From contig OZ241855.1 in NCBI GenBank assembly GCA_965202785.1, forward strand, positions 160,001-224,000: DNA of 64,000 nucleotides, written 5' to 3'. Below the pieces are notes generated by a model, which did no database searches, was not told the DNA's origin, and worked only from the letters and a program-made list of their open reading frames with translations. The DNA is from Thermodesulfobacteriota bacterium (lineage in GTDB: Bacteria; Desulfobacterota_D; UBA1144; Nemesobacterales; Nemesobacteraceae). The translations under genes were made by a program, and so were the position numbers. Below, one piece after another: positions 1-11,720 of the stretch. The stretch's first letter is position 1. The number at the start of each line of letters is the position of its first letter.

Positions 1-995
<995 letters not shown>

Positions 996-1061
996 GCGAG
1001 GCGTGAAAATCCTCGATAATACTAACAACACGATCAATTCTGTTTCTCAGCGTTATATTCA

Positions 1062-1075
1062 ATTGTCAAAGATCA
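1062..1075 (-). promoter_or_regulatory. rRNA spacer boxA antitermination element
   Basis: Minus strand TGATCTTTGACAAT between tRNA-Ala and 23S; a near-identical copy lies upstream of 16S. Confidence 0.7.
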
Positions 1076-1104
1076 AAAAAGCATTCGAAATTCTTTTTTT
1101 TATA

Positions 1105-1177
1105 TGGAGGTGAACGGGCTCGAACCGTCGACCTCCTGCTTGCAAAGCAGGCGCTCTCCCAACTGAGCTACACCCCC
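1105..1177 (-). tRNA. tRNA-Ala(TGC), CCA not encoded
   Basis: GGGGGTGTAGCTCAGTTGGGAGAGCGCCTGCTTTGCAAGCAGG...GGTTCGAGCCCGTTCACCTCCA; cloverleaf with anticodon TGC. Confidence 0.97.
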
Positions 1178-1180
1178 TAT

Positions 1181-1257
<77 letters not shown>

Positions 1258-1337
1258 CCTGTTGCTTTTTAAGCGCAGGAATTACTTTTTCGTAAAAAAG
1301 CAGACGACGAGCGAAAAAAAGACAGATATCTCCGTGA

Positions 1338-2877
<1,540 letters not shown>

Positions 2878-2933
2878 AATTTAAAAGAATTTACGGATAC
2901 TGCTCTAGTTCGCCCGCTATCGTCTGCTATTAA

Positions 2934-2947
2934 ATTTTCAAAGATCA
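2934..2947 (-). promoter_or_regulatory. rRNA leader boxA
   Basis: Minus strand TGATCTTTGAAAAT upstream of 16S. Confidence 0.7.
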
Positions 2948-2964
2948 AGTTATCAAAATGGGTG

Positions 2965-3090
2965 GAATATAGTACTCACCCACCGGAAATTGTCAATTTA
3001 AAAAGAACAAGAAAAACAGAACAACTTCAAACAAAAAAATGAAAGTGAGCCATCATACTAACGGACGGTTTCGGTTTGGCAAGGGCTTAT
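2965..3090 (-). promoter_or_regulatory. Tandem sigma70-like rRNA promoters (P1/P2)
   Basis: Minus strand TTGCCA-N16-TAGTAT and TTGACA-N16-TACTAT, with AT-rich UP-like tracts upstream. Confidence 0.55.
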
Positions 3091-3149
3091 TTGAAATTTA
3101 TTTTTAAAAACCAGAAAGAGATGTTCCGGTTCTTTTTTGCAAATGATTA

Positions 3150-3419
3150 CTATTTGAAAAGACTGGAATGGGAACCTGTACGGGCCAAATACAACTCATT
3201 CCCCTCAATGCGGTAAATAAGAAGCCAATCCGGTTCAATATGAACCTCTCTATAATCTTTCCAATTCCCTTTCAATGAGTGGTCCTTATGTTTTTCAGGC
3301 AACGGCTCCTGCCGCTGGAGAGATTCTATCAATGCCTGCAGCTTAGCCAAGTCTTTCCCCTGCTTCTTTGTTCTCCGCACATCGCTTCTGAACTTCCTAG
3401 AGGGAACAAGTGCGAGCAT
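3150..3419 (-). CDS. yafQ: Type II toxin, YafQ/RelE family mRNA interferase
   Basis: DHSLKGNWKDYREVHIEPDWLLIY...LARTGSHSSLF is the YafQ signature. Confidence 0.92.
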   Translation of the reverse strand: MLALVPSRKFRSDVRRTKKQGKDLAKLQALIESLQRQEPLPEKHKDHSLKGNWKDYREVHIEPDWLLIYRIEGNELYLARTGSHSSLFK

Positions 3420-3421
3420 GA

Positions 3422-3679
3422 CTAAATGCCGAAATCTTCAAACATTTCCTCAACACTGCTATAGCGCGTCCCTCCGCCAGCCTCTAATTCCTTCATGGCT
3501 TTGGCCGTGGCAGCATTAGGCACTTTGACAATAAATGGCAACTGCTTTTCCTCTGCAACCCGCAATAACAACAGACGAATCGCATCGGAAATTGTCAAAC
3601 CCATAGCTTCAAGCACTTCCATAGCTTCTGTTTTGACATCGCTGTTAATTCTAGCACGTACAACAGTATTGTTGCTCAT
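3422..3679 (-). CDS. dinJ: Type II antitoxin, DinJ/RelB family
   Basis: VRARI...K.EA..VL..MGLTISDAIRLLL.RVA.EK.LPF...VPNA.T..AM.E; directly upstream of yafQ. Confidence 0.92.
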   Translation of the reverse strand: MSNNTVVRARINSDVKTEAMEVLEAMGLTISDAIRLLLLRVAEEKQLPFIVKVPNAATAKAMKELEAGGGTRYSSVEEMFEDFGI

Positions 3680-3696
3680 ATCGAACCTCCCAAATC

Positions 3697-3733
3697 TGTA
3701 GCATTATTGTAGCTACAACCGCCGCCATGTCAA
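3697..3733 (-). promoter_or_regulatory. dinJ-yafQ promoter with palindromic operator
   Basis: -35 TTGACA (3733-3728), 16-nt spacer, -10 TACAAT (3711-3706); perfect palindrome TTGTAGCTACAA at 3707-3718 overlaps the -10. Confidence 0.75.
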
Positions 3734-3906
3734 ATTCTCATCCGCAGTCTTTAAAAACTTCCTCGACATCGCCATATATAACACACAATCCCGATTCAGA
3801 GTTCCCGAGGCCAACTCATCTCTTGAATTTAGGGAATGAATACGTACAATTTTCCCTTCGAAAATACCGCGGGACAAGGAAACCCCGCCGCGACCTCCCC
3901 GAAAAC

Positions 3907-5352
3907 ATGCGAAAAGAACTTCCCAAGATAAAAATCTATAATTCTCTCTCGCAGAAAAAAGAAGATCTCGTTCCCTTTGAGGGAGACAAGATCCGTATGT
4001 ACGTGTGCGGCCCCACGGTATATGATTCAGCCCACCTGGGACACGCCCGCTCCGCCGTGTCTTTTGACATAATACAGAGATTCCTTAGATACGCCGGCTA
4101 CGACGTGCTGTTCGCAAGGAACTACACCGACATAGACGATAAGATAATAACTCGTGCAAACCAGGAAGGGGTAAGCTGCGATGAGATATCCGAGAAATAC
4201 ATAAAGGAATACAGAGAGGACATGGCCTCAATAGGGGTTGAGACTCCTGACGTCGAGCCCCGGGTAACCGAGCATCTGGAGCAGATAATAGCTCTTATAG
4301 AGAAGATAATAGAAAAAGGCTTCGCTTACCGCTCGGGCAACAACGTATTTTTCTCCGTGAGAAAATTCCCGGACTACGGAAAGCTCTCCTGCAGGTCGCT
4401 TGATCACATGCTTGAAGGCGTGAGGATAGACATTAACGAAGAAAAGGAAGACCCTCTTGATTTCGCGCTCTGGAAGGAGTCAAAACCCGGCGAGCCCGCA
4501 TGGAAGAGCCCGTGGGGGGACGGAAGGCCCGGATGGCACATAGAGTGCTCCGTTATGAGCATGGAGTACCTGGGAACGAACTTCGAGATACATGGAGGGG
4601 GAAAGGACCTCATTTTCCCGCATCACGAAAACGAAATAGCCCAGTCAGAGGCCGCCTCTGGAGAGCCGTTCGCAAAGTACTGGCTTCATAACGGCCTCAT
4701 AAGAATAAACAAGGAAAAGATGTCAAAGTCCCTGGGAAACTTCTTCACGCTGTCTGAGGCAACGAAGAGATGGTCCCCCGAGGCCATAAGGCTTTTCTTT
4801 CTCTCGCACCACTACCAGAACCCCGCAGACTTTTCAGAAAAAAGCATGCACGACAGCGAGGCGGCGCTTGAGAGGATATACCTCACCCTGCTGAGAGCCG
4901 CCGAGGCGCGGGAGGCAAAGGGTTCCGATCCCGCACTCGAGGGTTCGATCAAAAAATTCGAGGAGGATTTTCACTCCTCGATGAGCGATAACTTTAACAC
5001 CGCTGACGTGGTGGGAAATCTCTTTGACCTGATACGCTCGATTAACAGGTCGCTTGACTCCGTGGGAAAGACTCAAAGCGCAACCCTTGCGCTTGAGAAG
5101 ATAAAGGAGATATGCGGAGTGCTCGGAGTGCTCTCAGAGGAACCGGCCGAGTACATGGAGAGAAGAAAGTCCGCCGCGAATCTCTCGGACATAGACCCCC
5201 TTGAGATAGAGAAACTGATAGAAGAGAGGAACTCGGCCAGAAAGGAAAAGAACTGGAAAAAGGCCGATGAAATAAGGGACTACCTAAGCTCCAAGGGAAT
5301 CGTGCTTGAAGACCGCCCGGGCGGAACCGACTGGAAAGCGCAGAGGTCCTGA
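3907..5352 (+). CDS. cysS: Cysteine--tRNA ligase
   Basis: MYVCGPTVYD.AHLGH, GRPGWHIEC and KMSKS motifs. Start moved to ATG 3907 because the longer ORF extension overlaps the TA promoter. Confidence 0.97.
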   Translation: MRKELPKIKIYNSLSQKKEDLVPFEGDKIRMYVCGPTVYDSAHLGHARSAVSFDIIQRFLRYAGYDVLFARNYTDIDDKIITRANQEGVSCDEISEKYIKEYREDMASIGVETPDVEPRVTEHLEQIIALIEKIIEKGFAYRSGNNVFFSVRKFPDYGKLSCRSLDHMLEGVRIDINEEKEDPLDFALWKESKPGEPAWKSPWGDGRPGWHIECSVMSMEYLGTNFEIHGGGKDLIFPHHENEIAQSEAASGEPFAKYWLHNGLIRINKEKMSKSLGNFFTLSEATKRWSPEAIRLFFLSHHYQNPADFSEKSMHDSEAALERIYLTLLRAAEAREAKGSDPALEGSIKKFEEDFHSSMSDNFNTADVVGNLFDLIRSINRSLDSVGKTQSATLALEKIKEICGVLGVLSEEPAEYMERRKSAANLSDIDPLEIEKLIEERNSARKEKNWKKADEIRDYLSSKGIVLEDRPGGTDWKAQRS

Positions 5353-5450
5353 CGCTGCTCCATGAAGAAATATCGTCTTTTCTTGCTTCGTGAAAGCTCC
5401 TAGCACACAGTCGGACGAAGCGGGAAAAACACGTACAGGAGGCAACAACT

Positions 5451-6230
5451 ATCTGGGGAGCAATTATTGGAGACATCGCAGGTTCCATCTATGAATGGAA
5501 CCCTATCAAGACGAAGGAGTTTCAGTTCCTCGCAGACCACTGCTTCTACACCGACGACTCGGTGTGTACAGCAGCGGTCGCTGAGATCCTGCTTGACAAC
5601 CTGCCCGCCGCGCCCACTCTGCAGCAATGGTGCCGGGATCATCCGGACCGCGGCTACGGCGGCATGTTCAGAAACTGGATCATGCTCCCTGATCCCGAGC
5701 CATATCACAGCTATGGAAACGGAGCGGCAATGCGAGTGTCGCCATCTGCCCTCCTTAACCGAAGCCGTCCGCTTGAAGAGGCTCTTAAGGCCGCCGACCG
5801 GGTAACCGAAATCACCCACAACCACCCCGAGGGAATAAAGGGAGCTAGGGCCGCCACGCACGCCATCTGGCTCGCCTTTCAGGAATATGGACCGGAGCAC
5901 ATACGCCGGACCATCGAACGCGAATACGGATACGATCTCTTCAGGACAGTCGACCAGGTCCGACCTGGATACTCCTTCAATGAGACCTGCCAAGGAACCG
6001 TTCCCGAAGCTATCACGTGCGCGCTTGAATCGACGAGTTTCGAAGACGCCATTCGAAACGCAATCTCACTTGGAGGGGACTCCGACACGCTTGCGGCGAT
6101 TGCGGGACCGATTGCCGAAGCTATGCACGGGATTCCCCATGACTTGGTGGCAATAGCGATGGACCGGCATCTCACCAACGACCCGGACATTGTCAACGTG
6201 ATGACAAGAATGTACGAGGCGGGGGTCTGA
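5451..6230 (+). CDS. ADP-ribosylglycohydrolase family protein; apparent start codon ATC
   Basis: In-frame GAIIGDIAGSIYE, TDD, SYGNGAAMR, THNHPEG and GGDSDT motifs. AGGAGG lies 8 nt before ATC 5451; in-frame stop at 5391. Confidence 0.85.
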   Translation: MWGAIIGDIAGSIYEWNPIKTKEFQFLADHCFYTDDSVCTAAVAEILLDNLPAAPTLQQWCRDHPDRGYGGMFRNWIMLPDPEPYHSYGNGAAMRVSPSALLNRSRPLEEALKAADRVTEITHNHPEGIKGARAATHAIWLAFQEYGPEHIRRTIEREYGYDLFRTVDQVRPGYSFNETCQGTVPEAITCALESTSFEDAIRNAISLGGDSDTLAAIAGPIAEAMHGIPHDLVAIAMDRHLTNDPDIVNVMTRMYEAGV

Positions 6231-6313
6231 GCTGGAAAACAGCTGGAATTTTCTCTTGGAAAACCATTTCCGGGCTTGCGGCAAAATGTCTCAAACGGCA
6301 TGTTCTTTACTTT

Positions 6314-6346
6314 TTGCCATAAGGTAAAGAATATGCTATCCTTACC
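6314..6346 (+). promoter_or_regulatory. abrB-vapC promoter/operator
   Basis: TTGCCA-N17-TATCCT with extended TG; inverted repeat GGTAAAGA (6323-6330) / TCCTTACC (6339-6346). Confidence 0.6.
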
Positions 6347-6373
6347 ATTACCGACTTTGTAAAGAGGTGCAAA

Positions 6374-6592
6374 ATGCCAAAAGTCAGCGGTAAAAGACAA
6401 ATCACGCTCCCGGCCAGCCAGTGCAATCAACTTGGCATTAAGCCTGGTGACGATATTGAAACCTTTGTTGCTGATGGCCGCTTAACCATAGTTAAAAAGG
6501 TAAAAGGGTCCGCCCGGAACCTGCTGCAACACGTTAAGGGTGATCCTTCAATAACAGATCAGGAATCTCTGGAAGACTCCCTGGGTTCATGA
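6374..6592 (+). CDS. AbrB/MazE/SpoVT-type antitoxin (VapB-like)
   Basis: KVSGKRQITLP...LGIKPGDDI; ATGA overlap with the PIN gene. Confidence 0.88.
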   Translation: MPKVSGKRQITLPASQCNQLGIKPGDDIETFVADGRLTIVKKVKGSARNLLQHVKGDPSITDQESLEDSLGS

Positions 6593-6996
6593 TCGCGGTC
6601 GATACCAATGTGCTGTTGCGTTATCTGCTGAATGATGATGCGGCGCAGGCCGATACAGCGGCCAGTCTGATCAAAGGCGCAGATACGGTTTTGATAACTG
6701 ATGTGGTGCTGGTAGAAACCCTCTGGACCTTAAGCGGGAAGAAGTACCGGCTTAACAGAAATCAGCTGGCCGCGGTGGTTCACGCATTATTTGAGGAACC
6801 GAACATACGCTTTGAAGACGGGCCGGCCGTGTGGATGGCTTTAAATGACTATCGAGAATCTGACGGAACTGATTTTGCGGATTCTCTGATCATAAATAAG
6901 GCCCGCGCGGTAGCCAAAGCGCAGGGCGGTTCATTTTCCGGTTCCTATACTTTTGATAAAGCCGCCCAGAAGCTGCAAGGGGCAAAAAAACCATAG
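6589..6996 (+). CDS. vapC: PIN-domain toxin, VapC family
   Basis: MIAVDTNVLLRYL, LVETLW.L, DFAD.LI and TFDK acidic PIN motifs. Confidence 0.9.
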   Translation: MIAVDTNVLLRYLLNDDAAQADTAASLIKGADTVLITDVVLVETLWTLSGKKYRLNRNQLAAVVHALFEEPNIRFEDGPAVWMALNDYRESDGTDFADSLIINKARAVAKAQGGSFSGSYTFDKAAQKLQGAKKP

Positions 6997-7100
6997 AACG
7001 GTTGTTGATCACGCATCCTTCCCTGCAACTCAACCAAGTCCGACAAAGACGGGTTCAGATTAAACACACAGAGTATTGAAAAAGACCCCAAACGTCCGGG

Positions 7101-8072
7101 CTAAATATAGATTCCCATGTATTCCATGGCCCTTTTGACGTTCGCCGGGCTCTGGGTCTCCCCCCTGCAGCTGTACCAGCAGGAAGTGCACTTGGTTTTT
7201 TCGTAAAGGTCCGGTTTGTATTCGCTGTAGTGGGCGGCGACGGGCATCTCGGAGCAGCGTTTCAGGTGCCCGCTCGGGGTAACGTGTATCTGGTTGAGGC
7301 CGGCCAGGCAGTCGGGAACGCTTCCCCTCTCGAAATAGCCCGGGATTTCCCTCAGGTAGTACTCGGTTGAGAGTATCGTTCCCTTCCACTCCTTTCGAAG
7401 CGCGATCAGTTCCTCTACAAGGTCGCTTACCTTCGAGAGGGCTTCTTTTTTCACGAAGTGGTCTTCGTTGTTGGTTTTCATGACCGAGTAGGAACTGAAG
7501 GATATGGCTATTCCCCACTCCCTGGCCTTCTTCGCTATCTCGACCACCTCGTCGAGGTTGTCTTCCATTATTATGGTGTTGAGCACGAGGCTTTTGTCAG
7601 GAAACCGCTCCGCCAGTTCGGGCAGGGTTTCCGACAGTTTTTTCCAGAGACCCGGAATGCCCCTGTATGTGTCGTGCTTTTCGCCCGGAAAATCAAGGGA
7701 AACGGCGATCTGGTCCATCCCCGCGTCGAAAAGCTCTTCGGTTTTCTCTTCGTTAAGAAAATCTCCCTTGGTAACCATGGAAGTGAAAATGAATATCGAG
7801 CATCCCTTTATCTGTCTCACGATATCGGGAAGGTCCTTTCTGATCATGGGTTCCCCGCCCGTGATAACAGTAACGAGGGGGTTTATCTTCTTTATTACCG
7901 GAGTGTAGTCGGAAAGACGCTCCTCGTGCTTTGTCTGCCAGTAGTCGCAGAAATCGCAGCGGGCGTTGCAAAGCTTTGTTATCTCAAGATTGAGGAGTTT
8001 CGGCCTTCCTGTGGCCTTGATGTAGAAATATTTTAATGTGCCGCTTAGGGCCTGTCTTGGATGTATCATCAA
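7101..8072 (-). CDS. Radical SAM protein with C-terminal twitch/SPASM-like Cys cluster
   Basis: CNARCDFC, ITGGEP, and C-terminal CLAG...KRC...CTSCWYSC. Confidence 0.9.
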   Translation of the reverse strand: MMIHPRQALSGTLKYFYIKATGRPKLLNLEITKLCNARCDFCDYWQTKHEERLSDYTPVIKKINPLVTVITGGEPMIRKDLPDIVRQIKGCSIFIFTSMVTKGDFLNEEKTEELFDAGMDQIAVSLDFPGEKHDTYRGIPGLWKKLSETLPELAERFPDKSLVLNTIIMEDNLDEVVEIAKKAREWGIAISFSSYSVMKTNNEDHFVKKEALSKVSDLVEELIALRKEWKGTILSTEYYLREIPGYFERGSVPDCLAGLNQIHVTPSGHLKRCSEMPVAAHYSEYKPDLYEKTKCTSCWYSCRGETQSPANVKRAMEYMGIYI

Positions 8073-8170
8073 CTCTATCCTTCCCGTCTATTATAAATTA
8101 TCCGCGTGATTTACCAAACGCCTACGTAAAACTGTATAATTAATGAAGAAACCAAGGGGAGGTAAAGCAC

Positions 8171-8452
8171 TTGTCGGTAAAAACAATAGAAGTTGAAATC
8201 TACCAGTGTGATCACGTAAGTCCCGGAGGGGAGCGATGCGAACTTTCGGGAGAAAGAAACCAGATCAAGCAGTGCGTCAGGTGCGGAATGGATATCTGCA
8301 GTCGCCACTACCAGCTGATCACGGTTAACCGAAGCGGCGGCACCCTTCTTTCCTACTACTTCTGCTTCGATCACGCAGAGGAATTCATCAACTCGCATAT
8401 AGAGGACCTCGGAGACACAAGACCCACCGGAGCGGGCGGTATGGGGAAATAG
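8171..8452 (+). CDS. Small Cys/His-rich putative zinc-finger protein
   Basis: GGAGGT RBS before a TTG start; TATAAT upstream; CDH...C, CxxC, CxxH and CxxH pattern. Confidence 0.7.
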   Translation: MSVKTIEVEIYQCDHVSPGGERCELSGERNQIKQCVRCGMDICSRHYQLITVNRSGGTLLSYYFCFDHAEEFINSHIEDLGDTRPTGAGGMGK

Positions 8453-8482
8453 GCAAACCCTGGGAACCAGCCCCAGAGAACC

Positions 8483-10039
8483 ATGAAACTCTCGACCAAG
8501 CAGATCTCAAGGGAAATAGACCGAAGGACGATTGAGGAATTCGGAGTTCCGGGCGTCGTGCTGATGGAGAACGCCGGAAGAGCGGTGGCGTCGGCCATCC
8601 TCGCCGAGTGCCCCTCCGCAAAGAAGATGGCGGTTGTCTGCGGCGCCGGAAACAACGCCGGGGACGGTTTTGTAATCGCGCGCCATCTTATTTCCTCGGG
8701 AAAAGAGGTAAGCGTCCACATCACGGAGAAAAAGGAACGCTACAGGGGTGACGCGAAAACAAACCTCGACTCGCTTCTCGAGATCGAAGCCGACGTAAGG
8801 GAACTCGGCGGAAAACTCCCCAGAATAAAAGACACTGAAGTCATAGTCGACGCCATCTTCGGTACCGGGCTCGACAGGGATGTGGAAGGATTTTACGAGA
8901 AACTTATAAAATTCATAAACCGCCAGAGCGCCCGGCGTATTTCCGTGGACATACCCTCGGGACTTGACGCCGACACGGGGCGGCCTCTCGGGGCGGCGGT
9001 GCAGGCAGACGTCACGGTCACCTTCGCCCCGGCCAAGCTCGGGATGTGCGTTCACCCGGGAGTGGATTACACAGGAAAGCTCTGCGTAACGGACATAACA
9101 ATCCCCAGGACGCTTTGGGAGAATCTTCCCTTTGAACTTCTCACGTTTCAAAAATGCCGGGGACTCATTAAAAAAAGGGCCTCCGATTCACACAAGGGAA
9201 CCTACGGACATCTTCTCGTGCTCGCCGGCTCTCCGGGAAAAAGCGGGGCCGCTGTCCTCTCCGCCGAGGCGGCGCTTCGCGCCGGAAGCGGACTCGTAAC
9301 CTTGGGGGTTCCGGAAAGCATATCCTCGGCTGTCGAGGAAAAGACAACAGAAGTGATGTCCGTTTCGCTTAAAGACTCAAAGGACGGGACTTTCCATCCC
9401 GACGCCCACGAAGAGGTGCTCAGGGAACTTGAAGGGAAAAAGACGGCGCTTGCCGTCGGCCCGGGGATATCGACCTCAAAAGGCACGGGAAAGTTTCTTG
9501 AAAAAGTGATAACCCGGTGCGAAGTGCCGGTTGTGCTTGATGCCGACGCCCTTAACATAATTTCAAAGAACCCCGATATGCTCAGGAAAACAAAAATCCC
9601 CGCGGTAATAACTCCGCACCCCGGGGAAATGGCAAGGCTCTGCGGCGTAAGAACAAAACAGGTGCAGGATGACCGCGTCGGGATCTCGACCCGGTTTTCC
9701 GAAAAATACGGATGCTACGTTGTTCTTAAGGGAGCGAGAACGGTCGTCTCCACCCCCGACGGGAAAGTGTTCATAAACCCGACCGGAAATTCCGCCATGG
9801 CCACGGCCGGAACCGGAGACGTGCTTACGGGAATAATCGGGGGACTTGCGGCCCAGGGATACGACCCCCTTCAGTCCTGCCTGCTCGGCGTTTTTCTCCA
9901 CGGCCACGCGGCCGACCTTCTTTTAGAAGAGACGGGCACCGCGGGCTTTACCGCCTCTGAAATATCGCGTAAAATCCCCGCTTCAAGAAATTCCGTCATC
10001 TCATCCACGAAAGAAAGGCACTTCGCCACGGTAAGATAG
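8483..10039 (+). CDS. nnr: Bifunctional NAD(P)H-hydrate epimerase/dehydratase
   Basis: LMENAG, GNNAGDG, DAIFGTG, HKGTYG, TPHPGEM and ATAGTGDVL motifs. Confidence 0.95.
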   Translation: MKLSTKQISREIDRRTIEEFGVPGVVLMENAGRAVASAILAECPSAKKMAVVCGAGNNAGDGFVIARHLISSGKEVSVHITEKKERYRGDAKTNLDSLLEIEADVRELGGKLPRIKDTEVIVDAIFGTGLDRDVEGFYEKLIKFINRQSARRISVDIPSGLDADTGRPLGAAVQADVTVTFAPAKLGMCVHPGVDYTGKLCVTDITIPRTLWENLPFELLTFQKCRGLIKKRASDSHKGTYGHLLVLAGSPGKSGAAVLSAEAALRAGSGLVTLGVPESISSAVEEKTTEVMSVSLKDSKDGTFHPDAHEEVLRELEGKKTALAVGPGISTSKGTGKFLEKVITRCEVPVVLDADALNIISKNPDMLRKTKIPAVITPHPGEMARLCGVRTKQVQDDRVGISTRFSEKYGCYVVLKGARTVVSTPDGKVFINPTGNSAMATAGTGDVLTGIIGGLAAQGYDPLQSCLLGVFLHGHAADLLLEETGTAGFTASEISRKIPASRNSVISSTKERHFATVR

Positions 10040-10044
10040 TTCCC

Positions 10045-10539
10045 ATGGACCCCGCATTCCTACTAGAAGTAAGCAAACCCGAGCAGACTATGCTTTGCGG
10101 CGAGATAATGGGGAAACTCATACCCCCGGGCTCGGTTGTGGGACTCACGGGAGATCTCGGCGCGGGAAAAACGGTTTTCGCCAAGGGTCTTGCCCGCGGC
10201 CTGGGAATAGAGGAGGAACCCAACAGCCCCACATTCGTCATAATGAACTGCTACGAGGGCAGCGTGCCTCTTTTTCACTTCGATGTCTACAGGCTGTCGG
10301 GCGGCGCGGAGTTCGAGGATACGGGCTATGAGGAATTTTTCTACGGAGACGGAGTTTCCGTCGTGGAATGGGCGGACAAGGTACGGGATGTATTACCGGG
10401 AAACGCTGTTATAATTGATATCCAATTCCCGTCCCAAGGGGACGAGGAATCGAGAACAATAAAGGTTGCAGGTAAGGGAAAATGGCTCTTGTCGTTCAGA
10501 AATACGGCGGAACAAGCGTTGCTAGCATCGAAAAAATAA
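10045..10539 (+). CDS. tsaE: tRNA t6A biosynthesis ATPase
   Basis: GDLGAGKT, SPTF, HFDVYRL and VEW motifs. Confidence 0.95.
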   Translation: MDPAFLLEVSKPEQTMLCGEIMGKLIPPGSVVGLTGDLGAGKTVFAKGLARGLGIEEEPNSPTFVIMNCYEGSVPLFHFDVYRLSGGAEFEDTGYEEFFYGDGVSVVEWADKVRDVLPGNAVIIDIQFPSQGDEESRTIKVAGKGKWLLSFRNTAEQALLASKK

Positions 10540-11720
10540 GGCGCGTAGCCGAGCACATAGTAGCAACGAAAAAGAAGAAAAACGACGTGATCGCGGTGGT
10601 CTCCGCCATGGCGGGGGAAACCGACAGGCTGGTCGGCCTCGCAAAAGAGGTGATGGATCCCCCCGATGAAAGGGAGTTTGACGTGATAACCTCAAGCGGG
10701 GAGCAGGTATCTTCCGGCCTTGTGGCCATGACGGTAAAATCGCTCGGGCAGGACGCGATATCTTTCCAGGGACACCAGATAAGGATCACCACCGACAACA
10801 TTTACTCCAAGGCGAAGATAAAATCGATTGACGACAGAAACATCCGTATTGCCCTGGGTGAAAAAAAGGCGGTCGTAGTAGCGGGATTCCAAGGAGTCGA
10901 CGAGAACGGGAATCTCACCACGCTCGGGCGGGGAGGCTCCGACCTGACCGCGGTGGCGCTCGCGGCCGTGATGGGGGCCGACGCGTGCGAGCTCTACAAG
11001 GACGACGTGGACGGGGTTTACACCACGGATCCCGGGATCTGTCCCGACGCAAGAAAACTCAGCCGGATTTCCTATGACGAGATGCTCGAAATGGCGTCTT
11101 TGGGCTCCAGGGTGCTTCAGGCCCGCGCGGTGGAATTTGCAAAAAAATTTAAAGTGCCTATACATGTTAAGTCAACTCCAAGGCCCGGGGAAGAGGGGAC
11201 GTGGGTTGTGGATGAGGAAAAAGTTATGAAATCCATGGAAGAAGTTCTGGTATCGGGAGTCTCCTACGACAGGGATCAGGCCAAGATCACCGTGACGCAG
11301 GTGCCCGACCAGCCCGGCATAGCGGCAAGGCTTTTCTCGTCGCTTGCCGACGAGAACATAGTGGTCGACATGATCGTTCAGAACGTGAGCACGGAAGGGT
11401 TTACCGACCTCACGTTTACCGTGCCCAAGTCGGATTTCAAAAAATCAATAGAACTCTCGGAGAAGATGGCCCGGGAGCTAGGGGCAAAGCAGGTGCTCTC
11501 TGACAACCTCATCTCCAAGATATCCCTTGTGGGAGTGGGGATGAAGACCCACTCCGGAGTGGCTTCGCGCATGTTCAGGACGCTTGCAAACGAGGGAATT
11601 AACATTATGATGATAAGCACTTCGGAAATAAAAATCTCCTGCGTGCTTGAGGAAAAAGACACGGAGACTGCCGTAAGGACTCTTCACAACGCTTTTAATC
11701 TTGGAAAAACCGATGAGTAA
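10482..11720 (+). CDS. lysC: Aspartate kinase
   Basis: VQKYGGTSV, TTLGRGGSD and two ACT domains (STSEIKIS). Confidence 0.96.
   Translation: MALVVQKYGGTSVASIEKIRRVAEHIVATKKKKNDVIAVVSAMAGETDRLVGLAKEVMDPPDEREFDVITSSGEQVSSGLVAMTVKSLGQDAISFQGHQIRITTDNIYSKAKIKSIDDRNIRIALGEKKAVVVAGFQGVDENGNLTTLGRGGSDLTAVALAAVMGADACELYKDDVDGVYTTDPGICPDARKLSRISYDEMLEMASLGSRVLQARAVEFAKKFKVPIHVKSTPRPGEEGTWVVDEEKVMKSMEEVLVSGVSYDRDQAKITVTQVPDQPGIAARLFSSLADENIVVDMIVQNVSTEGFTDLTFTVPKSDFKKSIELSEKMARELGAKQVLSDNLISKISLVGVGMKTHSGVASRMFRTLANEGINIMMISTSEIKISCVLEEKDTETAVRTLHNAFNLGKTDE

Noticed and set aside
1105-1177. tRNA-Ala and tRNA-Leu lacking encoded CCA
   Set aside because: Common in bacteria that have a CCA-adding enzyme.
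3727-3906. N-terminal extension of cysS
   Set aside because: Non-conserved sequence overlapping the divergent promoter region; ATG 3907 fits the family start.
10482-10539. 58-nt overlap between tsaE and lysC
   Set aside because: Both proteins are intact; most simply a short C-terminal extension of tsaE.
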